From Azolla caroliniana (Eukaryota; Plantae; Polypodiophyta), in NCBI GenBank assembly GCA_043228905.1, contig JBHGNT010000015.1:17422001-17486000 (forward strand): DNA of 64,000 nucleotides, written 5' to 3'. This document shows positions 28,548-40,714 of the stretch, piece after piece (the stretch's first letter is position 1; the number at the start of each line of letters is the position of its first letter). The notes below the pieces were generated by a model, which saw only the letters and a program-made list of their open reading frames with translations, was not told where the DNA came from and made no database searches. The position numbers and the translations under genes are program-made.

Positions 28548-31039
28548 ACGAAGGTCATAAAAAAATTACAAACATAGGAAATCCATGGACCACACAGTAT
28601 AGCCGAGCACATCATATATGCTCAAGAGTGCCTAGCCCCCTTTCTCACTCTAATCTTCAATTGTGCCCTCGCCGAGGGTTTTCCACCACAATGGACCATG
28701 AACACAGTGGCCCCTATACATAAAGGAGGGGACCCAATGGACCCAACTACATATAGGAACATTATTATAGGTCATACGCTCGCTAAACTATATGGTGCAG
28801 TAATGGACGCGTAGCTCAACGATTATATGGAAACATTAAGTCTTCGAGCACCTGAGCAAGCTAGCTTTAGACGAGCCTTCTCCACTATTTACCATATCTT
28901 CACACTTAGGTGCTTAATTGACCAGACGAAGGCTCGTATGAAGAAACTATATTGTTGCTTTGTGGACTTCCGCAAAGCCTTTGACACAGTTCCTAGGGAG
29001 AGGTTGTTTGATAGACTTAAGAGCTTGGAGATACCAAATGACATTATCTGGGCCATTTATGCCCTATATGAGCCAGTCTCTGGGTGTGTAAGATGCCCAG
29101 GTGGCCTATCCGATTGTTTCACTAGCAGCATTGGTGTAAAACAGGGTTGCCCCTATCACTGACTCATTTTGGGATCTACATTGATGAGATCACTGATTTT
29201 ATTGCTCGTAAGGGAGGCAAGGGAGTAGCTATTGGGGATACACAAGCTAGTCTCTTACTCTACGCAGACGACATTGTCTTGCTCTCGAAGTCGGAACACA
29301 ACCTACAAAAGCATTGTAATGCCCTAGTTGACTTTTGTACACAATGAAGACTGGTAGTGAATCTACCGAAAACCAAAGTCCTTATCTTTCATACATCGTC
29401 CCGAGTTAGGAGTAAATGTCACCTAATCCTCTCTCATAAACTAGTTGAGGTAGTTGGATCATATGTATACTTGGGAGTCACTTTTAGTGCTCTCTCAGGT
29501 AAATTCTTGATGACCCAGGCAACCAAAGATAGGCTAACGAGAGGGTATGCATCCCTCTCACTCTTAGAGAGACAATGCCACTAGGCATACTTTCAAGAGC
29601 CACGGACTAAGGGATGGCTCTTCGACTCATTAGTGACCTTGTCCCTCTTGTATGCATCAGTAGTATGGGCTCCAGGTCTACCATCTTTCATGTGGACGCA
29701 ATTAGAGAGACCTTTGGTGAAGATGTTATCACGTCAATTATGAAGCAAATAGACAATACCACATGACATTATTAGAGCAGAGTTCAATCTACCCCCGATG
29801 TTAGTAGAAGCATTTTTTCAAGTGGTAGTTTTTATTCATTGGATACATAGTCAACCACAAGATAGGATATCCCGTCGAGCCTTTGAGGCATCCTGATCCC
29901 TACATGTGTCTGGAGACACTAGTTCTTGGTATAGCATTGTGGTGAGTTGGTTACTTGCAAACGGCATAAACATTAATAGCTTACCTCCCTTAAGTACAAC
30001 CATGGGACTAATCAAACTCTAATATCTCATGAAGACCGTAATAAAGTGATATGCCAAAAAATATGGCAATTTTACACTCGATATAAATGGATCACCCCAC
30101 GAGAGCCACTCCCATCTAAAATGTTGTACTATAAGGAACACTTCTTGCACTTCTCTAACTTGGGTTTTATTACACGACCAAGATATCTAGATACATTCTT
30201 ATCAAATGCACTAAGGGTGGCCATTGGACAACTTAGGATATCATCTCACCAACTTGAGATTGAGAATGGTCGGGCTAATAGAGTCCCTAGAGAGGAAAGG
30301 CTATGTAGGTTATGCCACATAGAGATAGAGGATGAGTATCACTTCACATGCAAGTGCCCAACTTATGCCGAGATACGGGTGGAATACCAAGACATATTAG
30401 GACCCTTTCCCACCCTCTCCAAACTATTAGATACCCCGGATGTAAAGAGACTAGGTAGGTATATCTTAGAGCTAAAACAATATAGGGAGAATAAATTACA
30501 AAGTGTTAACCATAACCCTTTTACTATTCATCAACATGCAACTAGTGTAATTTTTCAGGAACAAGGGGAGACGATGAATGTGGATACACTTACGCCGCCC
30601 GGCCTCTCTCTTGAGGAAGCTGAAATGCAAAGAACAACCAAACGCCCTCGGATGTTGGGCTTCAAAACAAGTCAACACGGAGTAGAAAAGATTAAGAAGA
30701 TAAGGGAACGTGAGCTACGTCGGCTAGAAGCTATGGTTGGGGTACCTTTTACATTGGGACCACGGGCCACATCCACATCGAAACCCTTTGACCTCCTGCT
30801 TCTCTTCGAGAGACTTGGATGGAAATGAAATTAGGCCTAGTATAACATCATTTTCATTGTAGAACATGTTTGTTATTTTACTAGAACTATTTAACTTAAA
30901 ACTCTATTTTTATCTTATTTTTATATTTATTTTTTACTTTCGATGAATGGGTAAATATCTCATTTTTTGTTGTAAACCATTTGTCTCATGGGCCAATTTT
31001 GGCCTTAGAAGACATTAATATATCTTTCTTTCTCTTTCT
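28545..31039 (+). mobile_element. 5'-truncated RTE-X-like LINE (RT and C-terminal Zn finger), pseudogenised
   Basis: PIHKGGD..TYR, EQASFRR..ST..HIFTL, CFVDFRKAFDTVPR, GVKQGCP, LLYADD, YVYLG, LRISSHQLEIENGR..REERLCRLC..EDEYHF..C; 3' GGCCAATTTTGGCC hairpin and TTTC-type tail; no TSD seen. Confidence 0.88.
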
Positions 31040-31228
31040 GGTGAAAACACACCATTATATTAATAAAAGTATGTGAATTCTACTCAGCTCTCACTTATGG
31101 GAAGAGTAGTACACATAAAAAAACAGATATTGCTTGCAACCATGTGGCATACATTGTCACGTTGGATCTTTGACAAAACAGGTATAGTTAGTATAAAATG
31201 TAATATTTGCATATTTCTATGGGCAAGC

Positions 31229-31315
31229 TGTAAAAAGAATAGCGTGCGGAAGCAATAGAAAACTGAACACAGGAACACAAGTTTAATGGAGAGCTTGAAT
31301 ATACACAGTAGTCGG

Positions 31316-31375
<60 letters not shown>

Positions 31376-34300
31376 GCACACAAACTCAATTAAAAAATAA
31401 TACTCAATCTATACATAGGATGTGCTCAGTGAGCACCTTTATACAAGTCCATACGGACTAACAGAAGTACTGACACGTACTTCGATGCTCATAAGTGAGC
31501 TCTACAATAACTCCCAAAATATATTCCTATGTGGAATATCTTTCCAACGGCCTCGCGGTTTACGCACCGCTACAACTTCTCGTTGCGCACCGGTTTACGC
31601 ACTTGGTTTACACACCGGTCCGGCCTAACCGATCGATCCCAACTGATCCGGTTCTTGACTTGCACAACCAATTCGGCCAATGTTGAGCTTGTATCTCAAC
31701 ACTCCCCCTCAAGCTCAACTTGAGGTTCCATCCGCTCTTCCAGATCTACGCTCCGGTTCCTTCTAGCTTCACGCCTTGCTCACGCTCCTCGACCCTTCCG
31801 GTCGGCTTGCATGCTCGCGCGGCCCTTCTCAGCTCCCTTGTTGTCACGGTGTTGGCGCTTCTTCTGCCGTCTTCTCTTTCGCTTGGCCCTCAGTTGATTC
31901 AGCGTATTCGAATCAAACATCCGAATTGACTCGGCTTCCTCCGATCGGTTTTCGCTTTCGTCTGAGTTGGTTGTCTCCAACTCGTCTTCGATCTTCCTTC
32001 CCTTGATGGCTTCGTCTCCCCCACGCTTGGTTGGCTTCGACTCTTTCTTTCGACTGCTCCCCTTATGTCCATTTTCGGAATCTTCCGCAGATCCGCCCTC
32101 GGCTTCTTCAGCCGATCCGAAATCGAATTCATCATCTGACTCAGCGTCGCGGTCTTCCAGAACTTCTCTCCCCCTTCTGTGGTCATTCGGGACGTCTCTC
32201 CCCCTCAAGTTCAGCACGTCGAGGTGACACAACCCAAGTGCACCCAAGAATTTCCGCAACTTGTCCAGACCAAGAGGCTTGGTGAAGATGTCGGTGGTCT
32301 GCCGATCCGTCAGAACATACTAAAGTTCGACTTCACTAGAGAGGACACGCTCACGGATGAAATGGTAGTGCATCTCAATGTGCTTAGTCCGGGCGTGGAA
32401 GACGGGGTTCTTTGCTAGCTGGATGCTGCTGAGGTTGTCGCAGTAGATTGTCGTTGGATCAAATACCTCCACCTGCAGATCCTTAAGTAGCCGCTTCAAC
32501 CATATGGCTTCGCATGTTGCGACAATTGCTCCTCTATACTCGGCTTCGGTGCTCGACAACGCAACTGTTGGCTGCTTCTTGCTACTCCACATGATCATGG
32601 CACTCCCAAGAGAGAACACGAAACCGGACGTGGATTGGCGATCGACGACATTGTCGGCCCAGTCGGCATCGGTGTAGCCGACCAACTGCGTGGCTGTACT
32701 GGTCCGATATAGTAGCCCCCGGTCCTTAGTGCCGCTGACGTACCGCAGTACGCGTTGTGCACATTGAAGGTGCTCATTGGTAGGTCGCGCCATGAACTGA
32801 CTAATCACCCCGACTGGGTCGCTGAGAACTGGTCGGGTGATGGTCAAGTATATAAGGCTTCTGACTATCTGTCGGAACCTCGTCAGGTTGCATACCTTTC
32901 CAGAATCGGGGCGAAGCTTGACGGTTCTATCCAGAGGAGTCGAGACGGACTTACAATCTGCCATCCCAAATTTGAAGAGCATACTCAACACGTAATGCCG
33001 TTGGCTGATCAGTATGCCTTTAGGGGTGCGGATCACTTCGATCCTGAGGAAGTAATGAAGGTTCCCCAGATCCTTCATGTCGAATGATGCTGCAAGCTGG
33101 AGCTTTACGCGGTCAATTTCACCTAGGTCGGCGCCGGTGATGACCAAATCATGAACATAAAGTAAAATACTAACTGGCCCGAGTTGACCTTTCCGAATGA
33201 ATAGTGAGGAGTCCGATTTTGACGTTGCAAAACCCATCCCGACGCAATCGTTGCGTGATCTTCACGTTCCAGGCACGCGGGGCTTGCTTTAGTCCGTAAA
33301 GGGACTTCTTCAACCGGCACACTGCCGAAGTGTTCGTTCCGGAGTGAAATCTGGGGGGCTGTATCATGTACACCTGTTCCTCAAGCTCACCTTGCAAGAA
33401 CGCATTCTTTACATCCATCTGATGTAAGTGCCACCCCTTCGCCGCAGCTACTGTGAGCAAAGCGCGGACGGTCGTCATCTTCACGACCAGTGCAAACGTC
33501 TCATCGTAGTCGATGCCGTGTTGCTGTCCGTAGCCTTTCGTTACTAACCGGGCCTTGTATCGTTTGACCAAGCCGTCAGTGTTGTACTTGACCTTGTACA
33601 CCTACCTACATCCGATCGGCTTCACATCTTTCGGTGCGTCAACCAGGTCCCAGGTTTCATTCTCCACTAATGCGCGCATCTCTTCCTCCATTGCAGCACA
33701 CCAATTCGCGTCCTTTGCCGCTTCTGCGTAGCTCTCCGGCTCACGCACTTCCGCTACACGGGTCATGTACGCATAGTGATGTGCCATGTACTCATTGTAT
33801 CCGAACCGCACAATAGGGTTCTTCTAGCAGGTAGATCGGCGTAATTGCTCATTAGCCGATGTTGAGGCTTTCTTGGCCGACGCGGGCTTCGCTCTCAAAG
33901 ACCCGTCGTCACTTCCCTCGGAGTCGGACTCACATCGATCCGACTCGTTCCTATCCGTGCCGTAATCTGACACCTTCTTCTTCCCTTTTTCTTTGCATGT
34001 AAGCCGTCTCCTCGGCTTCTTGCGTGGGGAATGCACGACCGAGTCTCCACTACTTGCCGGCTCTTCTTCGGACTGGTCAAACCGACTCAGTCGCTCATAC
34101 GGTCCACTTAGCCGAAATGAAATCGGACTCTCATTGAGGGTCTTGATTTCGTGGTCATCTGGAGGCACTTCAGCCTCGCTGACCTCATCGTCAGAGCTTG
34201 AATTGGAGTTGAGGTCCGGAGTTGGAGGCAAGTACCAGGACACGGACTCGTCAAACACAACGTCGCGGCTCATGCGAGCTTGTTTGGTTCGGGGGTTATA

Positions 34301-36611
34301 GCAGTTATAACCCTTCTGCTCGTTTGAATAGCCAACTAAGATACACTTCTCAGCTTTTGCATCCAACTTCCTCCGTTTCTCCTTTGGCACATGCACATAC
34401 GCAATGCTACCGAAAACTCTCAAGTGTCATAGATTCGGCTTCCTTCCGAAATACAGCTCATCGCCGACACTTTGTCTCCGATCCGATTTTGGATGTAGAC
34501 TGTGGTTCATACCGCTTCGGCCCAATAGAACATGGGCAAGCTCTTTTCTTCCAACATTGCCCAGGCCGCTTCCACAACCGACCGATTCTTCCTTTCGGCC
34601 ACGCCGTTTTGTTCCAACGTATATCTACAACTAAATTCGTGCCGAATTCCCATCTATTGTAGATACCCGTTGAATTGACCAGAAAAGTACTCTTTTTCGC
34701 CATTCGACCGCAGGCACTTGATCTTTCTTCCTATTTCCCTTTCATCGAAACTCTTGAGGTCCTGGAAACAGTCGAAGACTTCACTCTTCTTCTCAATGAG
34801 GTAGATCCACGTGTGCCACATATAGTTGTCGATGAATGAGAGGAAATATCGACTCTCGCCAATACTAACGTTTTGTGTCGGCCCCCATACATCGGAATGT
34901 ATCAAGTCGAGCTTGTTCCGGCTCCGGTTACGCTTGTTAGGGAAAGGAAGTCAATGTTGCTTCCCTAGCTAACAGGCTTCAAAAATTTGTGCCTTCCAAC
35001 CACTAAATTTGGGCAATCCGAACACCACCTGTTTCGATTGCAGGTCCTGAAGCCGTTGATAGTTGACGTGGCCTATCCACTTGTGCCATAAGTCGATATC
35101 CGACTCGACTTTATATCCTTTCGCGAACATCCTCCCGTCTCTGCGCCCTTGCGCAATAACTCAGCCTTCTTCCTCAATGAAGCACTCGAGATGCATAAAC
35201 CAAACCTGCATCCCCTGGTCGACGATCTGTCCGACCGACACCAGGTTCTTCGTGATTGTTGGAACGTGTAACACATTCATGAGTTTCCCTTTTTGCCCGA
35301 CATGGCTCAGGGGAACTTCACCGACATTCGCGATCGGATGCAGAGTGTCGTCTCCGATTGCGACTACTCCCGATTGCATCGGTTTCTCAAGGTATGAGAA
35401 CCACTCCTTGTGGCACGTCATGTGGTTTGATGTGCCGGAGTCGATGTACCACACCTTGTCCGATTTCGGGGTGGACTTCTTCATCGAGTTCGCGTCGTGT
35501 CTCGTCACAAAGGCTGATCCTTTTTTGGCTTTTCCGAATCCTTCATCGTAGTGCGATCACTGCCGATTACCCTTGTCGGTTTTTCTAGAACTTGATCCGA
35601 ATCCGGTCCTCTTCGAATCTGCGCGTTTCTTCCAACACTCGCTCTCCTTGTGGCATTTCTTGCCATAGTACCAACATTCCGCGGCGGATTTCCCTTGTTG
35701 GTTCTCGTCGCCTCGACTCCCCCTGGTTACGGAGGGTCCAGAATCGTTGTCGGCATCACTTCGGTGCCTCTTTCCTCGGTCCCGTCAGCCATTTCCATTG
35801 CGCACCGACTCGCCTTGTCCGCCATGACCACGGGGCCTATCTCCCTCCATGTACAACATCTTGTTGTCGACATGCGTGCTCGTCGACGTACTCGTGTGGT
35901 TCTCCTCTATAAGGAGCATCTAGTGTAGGTCGAAATACGATGACATAATCTCCCGTGTACACACAATAGTTCGGAACGCTCCGAATTTCGACGCCAGTCC
36001 CCCAAGACAGATCTACACAATCTCGCCTTCCTTGACGTTCACATCGATAGAGGCTAAGGAGTCGCATATCTCTTTGATCTTCGAGGTGTAATCAGCCACC
36101 GACAAGTCGTGTTGTCGTAAGTTGCTCGCTCCTGTTGGAGTTGAAGCTTCTTGGTTGTGGTGCTTGCGGCGAAAATCTTCTTCAGATTTCGCCAAGCATC
36201 TTTCGGTGTTTTCACATCCCGAATGTAGCTTAGAAACTGTTCGCCCACATAAGACGCGAAGTAGTAGAGGACTCTGCTTGCCAATTGTTCCCACGCTGGG
36301 AAATCTCTGTGCGTCAAATTGGGTGTTGTGTCATTTGCTCCGTTGACGTAGCTCTAGTAACCGTGCCCGAGCAAGTACTAGTGCATCTTGTAGGACCAAG
36401 ACGCATAGTTGTTTTTGTCAAGCTTCTCGGTTGGAAGCGAGCTAGCCATGCCTCTATCCATTTTGTTTTTCCTGTTCTTTACGAAGGTCGACTGCAGAGG
36501 TTCTCAACCCTCGCGCTCTGATACCATGTAAAAAGAATAGTGTGCGGAAGCAATAGAAAACCGAACACAGAAACGCAGGTTTAATGGAGAGCTTGAATAT
36601 ACACAATACTC

Positions 36612-36647
<36 letters not shown>

Positions 36648-36970
36648 CACACAAACTCAATTAAAAAATAATACTCAATCTGTACATAGGATGTGCTTAG
36701 TGAGCACCTTTATACAAGTCCATACGGACTGACAGAAGTACTAACACGTACTTCAATGCTCATAAGTGAGCTCTACACTAACTCCCAAAATATATTCCTA
36801 CGCGGAATATCTTTCCAACGGCCTCACGGTTTACGCACCACTACGGCTTCTCGTGGCGCACCGGTCTGCGCACCGGTTATGCACCGGTCCCGCCTAACTA
36901 ATTGATCCCAACCGATCCAGTTCTCGGCTTGCACAGCCGATCCAACCAATGTTGAGCTTGTATCTCAACA
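31229..36970 (-). mobile_element. Full-length Ty1/Copia LTR retrotransposon (defective gag-pol)
   Basis: LTRs 31229-31701 and 36527-36970 (TG...CA); TSD CAAGC at 31224-31228 and 36971-36975; PBS TGGTATCAGAGC (tRNA-iMet) at 36515-36526; PPT at 31702-31718; order protease (WYIDSG), integrase (HSDVWGP), RT (YKARLV, MDVKNAFL), RNase H. Confidence 0.97.
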
Positions 36971-39900
36971 CAAGCAAATCGCAGGGTAAAGTGGCAACCA
37001 AAGTTGCATGGAAGAAAATAACATGATGCAAGAAAGAAGGGGGAACTTGGACCCATTGATCTAGAAACTAGGAGCAAAGCATTATTCAATTGGGCGATTT
37101 AGTAGTAAGGAGTCTCCTCCTTGGCAAGGAAGTATGGAAAGTGTTGATAAGGCGTAGATTTGATATGTGGTCTCCTAGAACAGGAGGCAAGTGGGATACA
37201 AGCTCAAAGAACTTGACATGGGATACAGTGGAACTAGGATGGAAAACTCCGAAAGGTAATATTCAGTTTTTCCATTATTCATGTAAGCTATTAGAGGCAT
37301 GAACTAATGTAAGCATTAGATAAGGATAGAATATAGATCTAGATAGAAAAGAGAGAGAGAGAAAGAAGGGTGCTGATCCACCCGACCACCCCCGAGTGAA
37401 GGGATCGAGATGGACTCGAGCCTCGATGCGCGTCCCATACCACCGTCGTGGCGTTGAGTCGTACCTAGTGCTCGCGCACTCGCTACAAGAGTTGACCCAC
37501 CACAAGACAGAGTCTCAACATAGTCAACAAGATGATCAAATGAGGGTAGCTAGGCCTCTTATTTATAGCGATACCCAAGGCCCCCAGGCAAGTTCACACT
37601 TGGCCTAATGGGTTGTCTCAATCCCGAGGATTAAAAGTAATCCTCCCCTTCTTTACACTCTCGTTTAACCCTCACACTTATCCACATGTATAGAATGCTA
37701 CGGTAAATTCTCACCACGGGATATTATATGGTCATGCTCGTAACATACTCCCCCTCTTTAAAACATTGCACTCTTGCAATGGAAAATTAGGGACGTTAGT
37801 TCTGAGAGTATTTTCGCGTTCCCATGTGGCATCTTTTATTGATTTATCCATCCATTTTATTTTAAATTCTCGGATTTCTTTAGTACGTAATTTTTTTGTT
37901 ATAATATCGAGAATTCTTTATGGTACATGTGCTTTAGAAGATAATTCTTCAGAAGTAACCAGAGTTTCAGTTGTAACTGTCTTGTCGCCAAAACCTAGAA
38001 GTTCTTTTAGACGACTCACATGAAAAATTGGATGAATTTCAACACCATCGGGAAGAGCGAGACAATAGGTTGATGACCCAATGCGTTTGAGGACTGTAAA
38101 AGGGCCACAAAACCGTGGGGCTAACTTAGCGCACTTACCCTTAGACAATGTCTTAGAATTGTGAGGTACACGTAAAAATACCTTTTGTCTAGGGTTGAAT
38201 ACACGAGGTTGCCTATGATGATCGACATAAAAACGCGCTCTATCTTGAGCTGTTTTTATATTATCTCGTGCAATATGAAACATATCTTGCATATCTCGAA
38301 GAAAGTTTTGCGTACTTCGCAACTCATCATGATGTATATTAACATCAATCGGGGCTCGTGGCTGAAAACCATAATCAACATAAAAGGACTATATCCCGTC
38401 GATGTATGCTTGGAGCTATTAAAAGCAAACTCCAAAATTGGGAGATAACGTTCCCATTTTGTTGGTTTTGCACCAATGTATGCTCGAAGCATGTCCTCAA
38501 TAATTTGATTTACTCGTTCTGTTTGTCCATCGGATTGAGGATGATCCGTGGAGCTCATGCTCAATGTAGTTTCTAACTTCTTGAAGACTTGCGTCCAGAA
38601 GTCACTAGTAAACTTTGGATCTCGATCACTCACGATATCCATCGGTAACCCATAAAAACGAAATAACTCGTCAACAAATTGGTAAGCCAATTTAGGAGCT
38701 GTTACCGTGGTTTTAGTAGCAATAAATCTGGCCATTTTAGTTAGTCTATCAACCACAACCGAGATGGCATCATGGCCTTTTTGGGTGCGAGGAAGGCTAA
38801 CAATAAAATCCATGGATATACTTTCCCACTTATTCTTGGGAATGTCCAAGGGACATAAAAGTCATGCGACTTTAAGTCGCTCGGCTTTGTTAACCTGACA
38901 TTGGTGACATTCAGTCACATAACTATGTATGTCAGGGCGCATCTTAAACCAATAGAATTGAGTGGAGATGGGAACGAGTGTATGATGTATTCTAAGGTGC
39001 CCTGCTGAGGGTGCATCATGGCATTCAAAAAGAATTCTCTTTTTGACCTCAGGCAAATCTAGAACACAAACCTTCCCATTACGGTAGAGCAGACCATTAG
39101 CAATGTGGAAGTATTCCTTTGAGGATGTGGTGGTGTCGGTTCTAGACTCAACTCTTGCCCAGTATTTTGCGAAATAACTGTCATCAGGATACTTTCCTCG
39201 AAGGTGATCATAAAGATCTGATGTTATTTCAGTGAAGCTAAGCATGTTAACTTCACGGATGCGACTTAGTGCATCAACGAAAGTGTTCATGGAACCTTTA
39301 CAATATCGTATGGAAAAATCAAAGGGTCGAAGCATGCTACGGTGTACCAACTTTTGGCCAAAAATCTAGTACTAAATCGAAGAAGAAAATAAACATTAAA
39401 AATTGTAAATAAATTTCAAAAAACAAAAAACAAATTCATTACGTCACACTCGTATGCACAAAGATATTATACATCACACTCGAAATGTCCCTAGGCCATA
39501 TTTAATACATTAATTGTTGCCCCAGTCTCCTAGGTAGAGTTGTACGAAAGCACACCTGGAGAAGGTATCCATTGTGATAGTTGGTCAGTCTCAGTATCTC
39601 TCTCTCTCTCTCTCTCTCTCTCTGGTATGGGTAGTTGAACGTGTCAGTTGGTATGTCTCTCTCTCTCTCTCTCTTCTGTCTCGAAGTTGTCAGACAGACA
39701 GTGGCAGAAAGTTAAAGAAAGACGACATATCTATTACAGGTCTATCTCTCTCTTTCTCTCTCTCACTCCACCTTCGAAGCTCTATTTCTTTCTTTATTTT
39801 TATTTCTCTCTCTCACTCCACCTTCGATTCTCTGTTTCCCCGCGTAGCTGTTCTTGTGTTCCCCTCTGTGCCAAGTTCGATCTCTGAACTCTGTATACGC

Positions 39901-40714
39901 AGAGATTTTTGTTTCCCCTGCTCGTTGTATGTGTTGTTGATTTTCCTTCCTTGTGTATGCTCGTTTGTCTCCTCTGCAGCAGCCTCGTGAACAACCTCTT
40001 GCATATAGGTGATTTTGAAGGCTTGGTGTGCTCCCAAGGTGTCGAAATCAACACGGTGTGGTACCTCTGCAAGTTGTACGACCTCCAGGTATTCTCTGTG
40101 TTGCATGCCCAACTGGTATGTTTTCTTTTTTTGAATGTTTCCTGTCTGTCTGTTTTTTATTTGCATGTGTATGGCCATTTTTAGGTTTTGATTATTCATA
40201 GTCTATGTGTTGCATGCCCAACTGGTATGTTTTTGTTTTCTTTGTGTTTCTCTGTGTTTCTTTTAAAAATGTATGACAATATTTTGATCGAGGTGGTTGT
40301 GTGTTAGACATGTTTGTACATGCAACGTAAATGGAGTTGGCTATGATGAGTTGCTATGTTTTCGTTTTGTTCTTGTTTCCTGTCCATCTGTTTTATTTTG
40401 TGTGAGTTTGACATGGATGAGTTTTTTTCCGACTATTTTGGGTTTTTGTGTGTTTGACATGGCTTGTACATGCGATGTGATGGAGTTGGCTATGATGATT
40501 TAAAATGTTTTAGTTTTCTTTGACTTTCCTATCCGTCTGTTTTTATTGTCTGTGTTTGACATGGATGAGTTTTTTTCCGACTATTTAAGGTTATTGTGTG
40601 TTTGACATGGTTTGTACATGCAATGTGATGATTTGCTATGTGTTGATGGTAATTGCTTGAGTTTTCTTCTAGTACATGCATATTCATTCCCTGAGAATTG
40701 AGTTGACTAGGACA

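Noticed and set aside
27927-28723. Long ORFs on both strands (203 aa, 170 aa)
   Set aside because: They run through GA and TCCATTG microsatellites, the SIZ1 leader and the LINE start; not coherent proteins.
39574-40503. Hydrophobic ORFs at the left end of the Sola2-like element
   Set aside because: CT/GT-rich leader and intron sequence of the accessory gene with local duplications; probably non-coding.
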